A DNA stretch of 64,000 bases from Phyllosticta citribraziliensis (taxonomy: Eukaryota): NCBI RefSeq assembly GCF_038025025.1, contig NW_027117345.1, positions 682,001-746,000 of the forward strand, read 5' to 3'. Within the stretch, counting starts at the first letter, position 1. Every line of letters begins with the position of its first letter. The notes under the pieces are model-generated. The model saw only the letters and a list, made by a program, of their open reading frames with translations, made no database searches and had not been told where the DNA came from. Shown one piece after another: positions 33,462 to 45,196 of the stretch. A program made the translations under genes and the position numbers.

Positions 33462-34917
33462 ATGTCCTCCTCTGTGGCCACGCTCCCTCTCCTCAAGTAT
33501 TCTTCTACCGCTCAGCAGTCGGAGCCCTTCAACTGGGCCCACGTTTCCTCGCCCGATTTACTCGTCGCCTTCGATTCCCTGCAACCTGCTCAAGACCAAC
33601 ATGGCGACTTTGGTCCTGCTCGACTTCTCAAAGTAGTCCGAGGAGCTGAGCTGCTGGTACTTTTCAAGAGCTTGTTGCCATTGTTTGCGTGTGACCAGTC
33701 TAATTGTCTGCGCAGGAGGCGGTCGACATCGTGCGCAACGTTCAACAAGCAGATGCTGTGCTTGCAGACGCGCGGAACAGGAACCGCCATTTGCGCATTC
33801 ATGAACTTCCCATTTCGGCCATGATTCGTCCAGGCACGCCCATCGTGGCAATCAAGTACAGTTTGCCAGATGGAATGGTGTGCCTGGCCGTTTGCGCATC
33901 GCCATTTGCTTGCCTTGTACTAACTTCACACAGGCGAGAAGATTTCAACTGAGATTCTCATCTGAAGACGACTTTCGGATCGCTTACGACGTCATTTACA
34001 GAGCTGGGATACAGATCTCTGAAAGCCCTGCTCTGCCAAAACCAGCCAGCCGGGCTTCATCTTCCCACTCTGTTCCCAACTTCAGTTCATCGCTTCCCCC
34101 CTCTTCACCTCCAAAGGTAGATGTTTGGCACGCTCGGCAAGAAATTCGACGTCCAACGAGTTCGGCCCTCTCTGTATCTCAACTTCCGACCATCGTTGAA
34201 AGGCCACCTTTGCGGCCATCTACAGCGCCCACTGCTGATCTTGGACGTCCTGGCCAGATGCCTCCCAGGCGTGAATTGCCTTTTTCTCGCCCGCCCTCCA
34301 GTTCGACGCAATCTTTGCCTGGGTCAAGGACAGCCTCGAAAAGAAAGACGACACCAAACCAGACTCCAATTGATGACATCGACCAGCATCGGCGCACCAG
34401 TGCACTCGCTTCTTCGGCAAATCTGCCACCTTTGGTGCCACCGAGACTTGCACACCCTTCCCATGGAGACACTAACTCTTCAGCCACCACAGCACTCGGA
34501 GTGGGCGGTCCCGATCTTGAATCGCCCCGCCAAATCGAGCAGAGCCTCCAAGGCATGAGTGATTCATATTCGCTTCAGCAGCATCGCCCGCGCTCGTCCT
34601 CTACGGCTATTGCCTGGCAGGGGCGCCCAACGAACGTCAATGCGGTGTCGAGTGACCAAGTTGGATCTGAGCACACCGCCCCCCCTGATTCTGGATCAGT
34701 CCTCCCTCGGAGTATCGACGGTCAATCAGCAGCGAGACCCGGCTCCATGGCATCTGCATGGGGCGCTAACCTCACTGCATACTCGAGCCAATCTGTACAG
34801 GACCGAGAGCACCAACTAGACGACATGTTTTCGCACTGCATTCATGATGACAATTTTTTGCTTCTTTGTCAAGATGTTGCTTCTCGTTGGCACCGACTTT
34901 ATCTGGGATTGATCTAG
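33462..34917 (+). CDS. REC114: Rec114/Rec7-like meiotic double-strand-break protein; introns 33657-33715, 33878-33933
   Basis: N-terminal PH-like region (LPLLKYS...WAH...LLKVVRG..LLEAVDI...AIKY...RRFQLRFSS..DF), long disordered linker, and C-terminal IHDDNFLLLCQDVASRW resembling the Rec114 C-terminal motif. Family is fast-evolving; the call is from motif recall. Confidence 0.72.
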
Positions 34918-35649
34918 GCCAATTCCCTTACTTCATATTCGAGGCTCATGGTTGTCTACATACTCTAGGTGAGAGGAAATTAGTTTTAAAAGACACTATA
35001 TTAACTTATTATATTCTCTAGAAGCTACTATTATAGCACCTTTTAGAGTAAATTAATACTAACTACTAAGAATTAATAATTAATAGATAAGGAGTTTTAA
35101 TTTTTACTTTATTTTATTTATATAGTTTAATAACTATTATAGTATATAGTAGAGTAAGTCTTATATTTATTTATTTATTTATCTAGTTTAATATCCCTCT
35201 TAAGTATAAGACTATAAGAGATAAGGATAGATATCCTAGTAGTTCTATATAGCTTATATATTATATATCCTATTAGGTTATAACTATATTAGGAGTATAT
35301 ATATATATATATATATTACTATTCTTTCCTAGGTATTTTTTTAGTAGTTAAAATTAGATATTTAGATATTCTAGGCCTAGCCCTTATAGGAGAATTACTA
35401 AACTAGTAAAGTAAGTAGAAATAAGTAAAACCTAAAGGAGTATAAGTTTATAAAGGAAATAGTTAGATTTTATAAATAGGGGAGTAAAATATATAAAGAT
35501 ATAGATATATTAATATATATCTCTATAACTCCTTTAAGAATTAGTTTATATACTAAATAAATTAACCCCTAAATTTCTTACTAAGACTAGTACTATCTAA
35601 AAGAGTATAGTTAATATACCTAAGGCTCTAACTTTTAGCTCCTATACTA

Positions 35650-38600
35650 TATATACTATTATATAGCAAGGGGTAGAAGGTTATAAGAAAAGGGTTATAA
35701 CTTTATACCCCCTATACTGCTATAAAACCTTATCTAATTAGTATTACAGCGCCTAGTAGAGTGAATCAATATAGACTACTAATAATTAATAGGTAAGGAG
35801 TAAGAGTAGTTATTATATAGTCTATATAGAATGACTATCTACTCTCTAGCTAGCTAGAAATAGCTAGTATATATATAAGTAGTAAATACTAAGTGCTAAA
35901 TACTATAAAATATAAAGGGATACAATCTTAATCTATACTCCTACCCTCCTAATTATTTACTATCTACCCTCTTAAACTAAATCTACCCTCCTATAAATTA
36001 TATAAGCAAGGGGGCCTATAAGTAGTAAAATTTTTACTATTCTCTCGCGTTATAATCTACTACCTAGTATTTTATAAAATCTTATTAACCTTATTAATAC
36101 TAGTAGTAGTAGTAGCGGTTTTAGTAGTAATTATAAGAGAACTAGAAAATAATAAATGACTTACCTAATTAAGACTAGATATAGGGAGGGTGTATTTAGT
36201 TTAAGAGGGTAGATAGTAAGTAGGGTAGTATAATATCGTATAGATTAAGAATTTAACCTAAATATAAACTATATATATTATAGTATATAATACTCTACTC
36301 CCTCCCCCCCCATCCCTCCTAGTAAGTAATATCCTTAGTACTTAGTTAGTCTAACTAGTTAGTAGGTATAGATTTAGGTATTATTTATAATAGTATAAGA
36401 CAATATTATATATATTATTAAACTTACTATTATCTATATTATAGAATACCTAATCTAGTAGGTAGTTAGTCTAGTTTACCCTAAACTAGAGCCTCCTATT
36501 AGCTAATATTTAGTAGCCTATAATCTCCTCTACTTCCTAATTAGTATTCTTATTCTTATTATTATTATCTTATAAGGCTAGGCTACTAGCTAGCTATTAG
36601 CTAGGTAATAGGTTATTACTAGTAATAATAAGGTATAAGATATTAAATTTATTATAGGTATATAAACTAGTAGGTAGTTATAGTATAGCCTAGTTACTAT
36701 ATATATTAGTAACTTAATATAGACTATTATTATAGAAATTAAGTATAGTAGGATAGCTATAAAGTATATATATATAATCTATATAGATATATATATATTT
36801 ACCTAGTTTAATAATATAATCCTAATACTAGTAGTTAGTTTAGATAGCTATTTACTATTATATAACTATAAGACTATACTTAGTCTTATCCTATACTTAT
36901 TATATAGTATAGGTAATGGCCTATATAGTCCTTAGTTATATAGAATAAGTATCTATAATTAGTCTATAGATACTATAAATAGTAGCTTTAGTATTAAAAT
37001 TAAATTATAGCTTATAGCTATAATAAATATAAAAAGGGAAGTAGCTATTAAGGCTCTTATATAGTATACTATTAGCTATAAACTAGGTAATAGATAGTAG
37101 TAGTTACTAATTATCTTAATAGAACCTAATAAATTATCTTAAGTAGTTCTTAAGGTCCTAATTAGCTTATTTAGTCTAGCTATTAGTCTAAGGATAATAG
37201 CTAGTAGATAGCTTTAGGCTAATACTAATAATATAAGTAAGGCCCTCCTATAGGTAAGAGATAAACTAGTTATTATAGTCTAAGATAATAGAGAGAGGGA
37301 AACTATATATAGTAAAGATATAGTCTATAAGTATATAAGCTATAGCTTTAGTAGTAGTTCTATTATTTATAGTATTTATAGTAATAAAGTAGTATACTTT
37401 ACTAAAATAATTATAAATAACTAAGATAGTACTATACCTTTACTATATAGTAATAGGCTAATAAAGTCTATAGTAATATACTACTATAGCTATAATAGAA
37501 TTAGTAGTAGCTAAAGATAGCCTAAAATAGCTAGGTAAGTCTTATAAATATAAATATAGTTAGAGGAGTTATCTATAACTTAGAATATAAGTAAGATAAG
37601 GTATAGAAACTAAAATTATAGAGCTAGTAGATTATATAGCTAGGTTTAGCTAAGATAGCTAGTAAGTAGCTACTTATAGATATAATAGATAAGGAGTAGC
37701 TAGAGTATAGTAGGTATAATAAGGTATTTATCTATAAAGATATTATACTATCTATTAATAGTAAATAGTAAGTCTAGCTTACTAGTATAATACCTCTAGT
37801 TATTTATCTTAGTATTATCTATAGTATTAGCTATAAGTAATTACTAGAGTATAAATATATTATTATTATTATTATTATTACTATTTATAGGGGCTAACTC
37901 CTAGTCCTTATATATACTAGCTAAAAGCTTACTAGCTAGGAGTAGGGTTTAGTATTATATTTACTACTAGGGGTTATTAGTAGTAGGGGTATCCTAAGGA
38001 TAATAAGTAAGTATATTAGCCTTAATATTAATATAGCCTAGGTAGTATATAATCTTAAAGTTATATTCTAAGAGTAGTTTAGCCTAGTAGGCTTAATAAT
38101 AAGTTAGCTACTTAGTTATAGTAAAGTAGTATAATATCTAGTAATCTATAAATACTATAAATAGTATCTAGTAGGCCTTAAGATTAGGCTCCTATAACTC
38201 TAAGGTATAAATAATAGCTAGGAGCTCTTTATTATAGATAGTATAGTTAAGCTTAGCTAGTACTATAGTTTATAAGTAGTATATAATAGGGTAAAGCTAT
38301 TACTTATTATTTTACTAGGAGAGAAGGCTATTATTAGTCTAATTAAATAAGTCTATTTCTATAACTATCTTATAAGCTAGGTTAAAGTAGGTAAGGACTA
38401 GTACTATTATAAGAGTATACTTAAAACTATTAAATAACTATTATTTAGTATTAGTCTATTATTAATTAGTACCCTTATATATTAGCTATATTAATAGCCT
38501 AGTAGTCTTATTATAGTCCTTAATAAATTACTAGTAGAAATTAGTAGTACTAAGAAAGGACTAGACCTATTTTACTATTATAGGTTATTCTTAAGATATA

Positions 38601-39640
38601 ATTATATTAATCTTAGAGGGGTCTATATAAATACTATTAGTAGAGATAATAATACCTAAAAATTAGGTTTCCTAGATATAGAACTTATACTTATTAATAT
38701 TAACTTATAAACTATACTCCTATAGCTAAGAGAGAACCTCCCTAATATATTATTAGTAATCTATAAGTATCTAGCTATAAATAAGGATATTATTAAGATA
38801 TATAGTAGTATACTTACTAAGATAGTAGAATAGGTACTTATTAATTAACTATTACTAGGTACTAGGGCTATTAGCTATACTAAAGGGTATAACTAAGTAC
38901 TTATAGGTACTATAATAGGTCTAGAATATAAGTAGGTCCTTAGTCTACTAGTCTATAATATAGATTTAGTAGAAAGCCTACTTAATATTAAGCTTAGTAA
39001 TATACTTAGTACCTCTTATCTAGCTAATTATCTTATCTAGTAATAAGAGGGGATAGTAGTCCTTCTTTATAAGTTTATTAAGTTTATAATAATTAATATA
39101 GAAATAAATATTACTATTAGGCTTAGCTATAAGTAAAATAGGTAAGGCTATACCTACCTTACTAGGCTCTAATATACTAAGATTAATACCCTTCTATATA
39201 TACTACTTAATCTTAGCTAACTAGATATTATTAGTATATTAGAGTAGTATATAGCTAAGGTCTTTAGGTTTAGTACTATCCTTTAGTTCTATATAGAAAT
39301 TAGTCTATAGATAGGCTTAAGGGAGTAGGTTAGTATTATAAAATATATCTAAAAGGTTATAATACTTATAAGGGATAATATAATAGAGGTAAGGTTTATT
39401 ACTACTAATACTAAAGGCTTATAAGATAGGCTCTAATAAATAAAGTTTAGTATACTCTAAATTATTAATAGGAGTAAAGGTATAGATAGAGTAAGCTTTA
39501 GTACTAAGCTATTATTAGAGTAGGACTATATTAAAAGCTATAATTAGTATAATATTAGCTAATAAGCTTACCTAGGAATAACTCTATTTATTAAGCTAAC
39601 TTATAGTCTCCTTAATAATAGAGATATCCTTAGGTACTTA
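35650..39640 (-). mobile_element. Element F: RIP-degraded chromoviral Ty3/Gypsy, 3' part (end of protease-RT-RNaseH-integrase-chromodomain-PPT-3' LTR); left LTR end uncertain
   Basis: De-RIPed motifs: YLDDILIYS ~38790, PVAYYS..ELNY..YDKELLAII ~38230-38290, PWQHIAMDFVGPLP ~37480, chromodomain WEVEEI..LQFRANW ~36470-36540; purine tract at 36293-36320 then a TG-like LTR start at ~36292. Confidence 0.85.
35926..36250. repeat. ~70-bp imperfect inverted repeat pair (35926-35994 / 36181-36250)
   Basis: ttactatctaccctcttaaactaaat (26 nt) and tcttaatctatac (13 nt) each occur as reverse complements in the two arms. Confidence 0.8.
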
Positions 39641-41520
39641 GTAGCGGCGTTATAACTAAGAGAGCTCTCTTAGTAGGCCCGCCTTATAATATATTAACTA
39701 GTATAGCTAGTTAAATTAATAAAAAATAGCTTCTACTACCTATTTAGTAAGTATTATCTCTAATACTAACTTACTAGCTACTAGCTAGCTATTTAGTAGC
39801 TAAGAGCCTACTAACTAGAGGCTAGACCTCCCCCTAGTTAGTAAAGATACTTATAATAAAGGTTAGAACCTAAATAAGGGTATAAGCTACTACTTAGCTA
39901 TACTAATACTAAACCTATATATAGTAACTATTAATAAGAAGATTATAGTACTATTAATAATACTTAACTTAATAGATATTAAAGAGCTTATTAAAGTATA
40001 CTAGTAAATCTAGAAGCTCTAAGAGATTAAAAGAAGCCTCTTAGAGCTACCTAATCTAGGCCTAATAAGAGGCTACTTATAGCCTAAGCTATAAGCCTCC
40101 TATTATAACCCTCTTAACTCCTTTATTAAAGCCCCTATACCTAAGCTTATAAATATAGAGGTAAAAGATATTAACTCCTAGTTCTAGGCCCTAAATAATA
40201 TATTTAAAATATATAGTACTTTTAAAGACTTAGGGTACTAGTTATAATAGGCTACCTAGAGGCTAGCTATTAATAAGGTAAACCTATATAATAAGGTATT
40301 TAATACCCTTAACTTAAAAATAAGTCCCTTAGTATACTTTAAAGAATTTTATATATTTATTATAGATTAAATCTAGGACCCTAATATATAGAGGTTTAAA
40401 ATATATATAAAGTTCTTTAATATAACCTAAGAAAAGGGGTAGGAGTTTAAAAGCCTATAGTCTATACTAGAAGTAGAAGAATACTATCTAAAGTTTAAGA
40501 TTATAGATAAAGAATACTATATTATATATTAGTTCTTATAGGTATACCCTATACTCTATATTAAGCTAATAGAGATAAGTACTAAGAGCTAGATAAAAAC
40601 TAAATATAAAGTATTTATTAAAGTTAAAAAGGTTAAGGAGCTACTTAAATAGTCCTCTAAAAAGGATAACCCTAAGGGGGTACCTAAATAGGGCTAGTTT
40701 AAACCTAGCTTAGTACCCCCTTAAGGGCTAAGACTAGAGAAAAAGTACTAAGGACTAATATCTAAGAGTAGGACTAATAAACTAGTATACTTAGGGAATA
40801 GCTAAAAGGGGTATTAGAATAGTAACTAAAGCTATTTAGGTAGTACCCCCTAGCTAAAGAGAGACTAACTACTAGCTAATAAGAAGTTAGAAAAAGGTAT
40901 ATTCTAGTTATATATTTAAGAGCTTCTTAGTAACTAGGGTAGGAGAACTAATAAAGAAGCTATTAAGTAATAGATAATTTACTAGTAGTATAAGTTATAT
41001 ATAATATAGCTACTAGGACCTACTCTCTAATAGCCCTTATTAATAATAGTATAACCCTAAATATAATCTAGAGGTCTATAGTATTAGATAAGGGATTAGT
41101 CCCTATTTAAGTACTATCTAGTTACTACCTAATTATTACCTTAGTAGATAGGTCTCCTCTTACCCTAGGCTTAGCCTATAAGTTTTTAACTATAATCTAG
41201 GATAATTATAGTTATAGTAGAACTATAGGCCCCTAGCTATTCTAAGAAAGTTAGAAGGTAGTATTTAATCTTATCCTTAGCCTAGAGTAAATAGGTAAGG
41301 CTAAGTACTACTTTAAGTACTTCTAAGAATATAGAATATTATTCTCCTAGGCTAACCTAAGTTATAAGCTAGTAATTAAGTATATCTTATTAGGTAAACT
41401 AGAAGATAAGATTAACCCTAAAGGATATATCTACTATACCTAGACTATAGGTACTATAGTATAGTAACCCTAATAGGTTAGCTACTTAGGTCCTATAGGG
41501 ACCTTATAGGATATATAATT
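39640..41520 (+). mobile_element. Element C: RIP-degraded Gypsy 5' internal part (gag-protease), no clear LTR; possibly the 5' half of element D
   Basis: CTA ATA GCC CTT ATT AAT AAT AGT ATA ACC at ~41027 restores to an aspartic protease LxALIDxGAT motif; sequence stops at the LTR start of element A. Confidence 0.65.
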
Positions 41521-44500
41521 TATTATAGGTTAGCTAAAAACCTATAATTATATTAAATACTACTTAGTATTAAGTACTAGGTATACCTATACTATAACTA
41601 CTAGCTATAACTATAAGCTATATATACTAAAGTTACCTAACTCCTTAAAAACTATAGCTACTTAGATAACTTAACCCTAGTACCTATATATATATTATTA
41701 ATATAATAATAGAAATAAGAGTAGAACCTCCTATACCTATAATAGAGACTTAGCTAAGTAGTTAGTTTTAAGAAGTATATTACTATTAATAAGCTAATAA
41801 ACTACTATATAATTTAGGATTAAGATAAGATCTCTTCTCTTATAATACCTACCTTCTTTCTATTATAATTCCTAAGGTAAGTTAGGTAATAGAATATAAA
41901 AGAACCTTATTATATAAATATTATAGATAGCTATCTTTATTTTCTTATAATTAATACTTCTAAGTAGACTCCCTATTAATTTAACTTATACCTTATTATA
42001 TACCCTTCTTATTTAGCTTTATCTCCTATACTTATATACCTTAGTATTAGATAGATAGTTACTTAGAACTAGCCTACTAATTAGGTAACCTATTAGCTTA
42101 TAATAGAAAAATAAAGATTATTAAATTACTATATCTTTCCTTATACTAACTCTCCTAATATCTAGGAAGGTCTAAAATATCCCCTACTAAAAATACTAGA
42201 TATATATTCTAGAAATAATACCTATATTAATTAGCTAAGCCCTATTTTAAGTCTTATAATATAAGTACTAGTAGATACCCCTATAAGTTTAAAGGACCTC
42301 TAGGTATATAGCTAGAGCTACTTTATATAAAAAGTAGAGATTAGTATATAAAGAGAATATAGGTAGTCTCCTACTCTAAAACCCCTATAAATAATAAGGT
42401 TATATTATATAGATTAAATTAAATTAAGAACTAGTTAATTATAGCTAATCTAGAATCTAGTTAAAAGGGTAGAGTAATAAGGTTAATTTCTATAGCTTCT
42501 CTAATCTCTTCTATATAAATAGAAGGAAACCCTAATAACCCTTCTTTAAAATTAAAGGAGAACCCTATCCCCCTATAAATTTATAAAGTTAGTTTATTTA
42601 ACCTAAAGCTACTTAAGATAGTAATAGAATAGGGGCCCTATATAGAGGTTATTCCTAAACTCTTTAATAAACTCTTAGAACCTAATAAGGCTAGTAAGAG
42701 CTAGTATAATAAGACTTATAAGATAGAGGTAGTAAAATTACTCCTTAATAAGAAGTATTAAGTAGCTACTATAGAAAGAGTAATCTTCTATTATAGATAG
42801 TTTATAGACTACTATAGGAATACTTATCCTATAAAGAAACTATATTCTCTTATAATTTAGCTTATACTACTATTAGCTAGCCTATTTAGAAGTACTATAT
42901 TAAAATCCTAGACCTACCTCTTCTTATAGATAGAAAAGTACCTAAGTACTAGATCTAGCTCTACTAAGTTAAAAATAAAATTTAGACTAACTATAATTAA
43001 TTTATCTTAGATAACCCTATAGATACTAAGGTAGTAATTATAATATATATTATATCTAGAATAAGTAATAAAGTAGCTAATTACCTTCTTCTATTTCTTA
43101 ATACTAAAGAAAAAGAAGAATTACTTATTACTAATATTAATTTATATACCTTTTTAGGGGATAAGTTTAATAATCCCTTTAAAAGAAAGGAAGTTAAGGA
43201 TAGCCTCTAGTACCTCTACTTTTATATTAATAATAATTTTTAATTATATATTACTAAGTTTATAGCTCTAGCCCTTAATATAGACCTATCTTAGTCCTAA
43301 TAGAAGAAAGAGTTTTATACCTCTTTAAATCTTTAATTAAAAATATATATAATACTCTATAAGGATAATAACTATATTAAGTTCTAAGACTATATTAATA
43401 AGGTATCTACTATTATATATAACTTAAAGGACTATTAAGCTTTATATATATAAGTAAGTAAATCTAAAGCTAAATAATAATAGGAGGAATATTCTAGAAA
43501 GAAAGCTAGTATTAACTCTACTATTTTTAAGAAATCTAATTATATTAGTACTTTTTTATATACTACTAAATCTAAGGAACTTAAGAAGTCTATTAATAAT
43601 AGTAGAAAGGATATCTACTATAATTATAAAAAAGAGAGATACTAGGTATAAGACTATATAGTTTCTATTAAGGAAATAGATATATAGCCTAAAGAAGATA
43701 AGCTAGTACTTAAATTAGAAGAATTCTTTAAGAGTAGTAACTTAGAAAACTCCTTTCTCTAAACTCTAGGCCTATTCTAGAGATAATAATTAGGACCTTT
43801 TAATTTAAAGGTATAGATATTAGAATTAATAATTTTATAGGAGGATAAGCCTTTATTATACCTACTAAGATCTATAAGAATAAAAAAGTTCTTTATATTA
43901 AAGTACTAATTAATACTAGTACTCTTAGGACCTACTTTATCTATTTATAATTTATATAATACCTTAATACCCTTAGTATATAAAAATATAAAATTACTAG
44001 GGGTATACTTAAGGCCTTAGGATTTAATAGATAAGTAGCTACTAAATTAAAGTATACCTATTTCCTTACTATTACCCTTAACTAAAAAATATATAAAATA
44101 TAGGCCTTTATTATAATAATTAGCTATAATAATTTTATATTTAGGAAATATTTCTTTTCTTAAAATAACCTTTTACTAAATTATAAAAAATATAAGCTTT
44201 TTAGCTAAGATAATAAAGCTTTACCTATATATAAAAAAATACTTTTCCTAGTTTACTTAGTAGTATACTAATAAGGAAAAATCTTAGAAATATACTAAAA
44301 AGACCTAGAAAGAAGAGAAAAAGCCTAAAAAGATATAGAAAAGAAAGTAGATAATTTAGAGATTAACTCTTTATTTATTCCTTTAAACTCTCTTTTTATA
44401 TAAAATAAAATTTTAGAAGTCTAAGTTATTACTTTTTAAGAAGTTAATATAAGAATTTAAGAACTTACTTTATTTAAAGAAGATAAAGAAATTATATAAT

Positions 44501-45196
44501 TCCTTAATAAATACCTCCTATTATAGTATAAGGAATACTAAGATATCTTTTCTAAATAATAATTAGATACCTTACCCTTATACTAGCTAGGTATTAATTA
44601 TAAAATTATTATTAATAGAAATAAACCCTTTTCCCTCCCTCTAAGCCCCTTATATAGAATAATAATAGAATAACTATAAGCTATAAAGAAGTATATCCTT
44701 AAAAATCTTAAAAAAGGCTTTATAGTTAAAAGTACTATACTATATATATTACTAATTCTTATAGTCTAGAAGGGTAGTAGTAATTAGAGATTCTATATAA
44801 ATTACTAATATCTAAATACCTATATTAAGAAAGACCTATACCCTCTACCTCTTATCTAAGAAATTCTCTAAAGAATTACTAAGGGTAAAGTATATACTAA
44901 GCTAGATATTTAATAAGTATTTTACTAAATTCTTATAGATCTAGAATCCTAGGACCTAATAACCTTCTATATATAGTATAGATATTTTAAGTATATTATA
45001 CTCCTTTTTAAGCTCTATAATAGTCCTACCTTATTCTAGTACTTTATTAATAAAGAACTTATACTATACCTAGATAATTTTATTATTACTTTTATAGATA
45101 ACCTACTTATTATTTTAGAGAACCCTTAGGAGTATAAGTAGTAGGTTAAGAAGGTACTTAAATAACTATAATATACTAACTTATAGGTAGATATTA
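41521..45196 (+). mobile_element. Element A: Gypsy 5' LTR-gag-protease-RT, truncated inside RT
   Basis: Starts tattataggttag (TG>TA LTR end); zinc knuckle restoring to CYNCKKEGHWARDC ~43616, ALIDTGA ~43905, YPLPLI ~44840, FVDDLLI ~45090; reverse-complement match to 60040-~56298. Confidence 0.92.

Noticed and set aside
34960..35650. Assignment of the first ~700 bp of the AT block to a specific element
   Set aside because: Clearly RIPed (includes a (TA)n run at ~35295-35314), but I could not recover any domain or LTR match.
42084..42095. taacctat as a self-priming PBS complementary to the LTR start of element A
   Set aside because: Only 8 nt in very AT-rich sequence, and the LTR 3' end is not defined.
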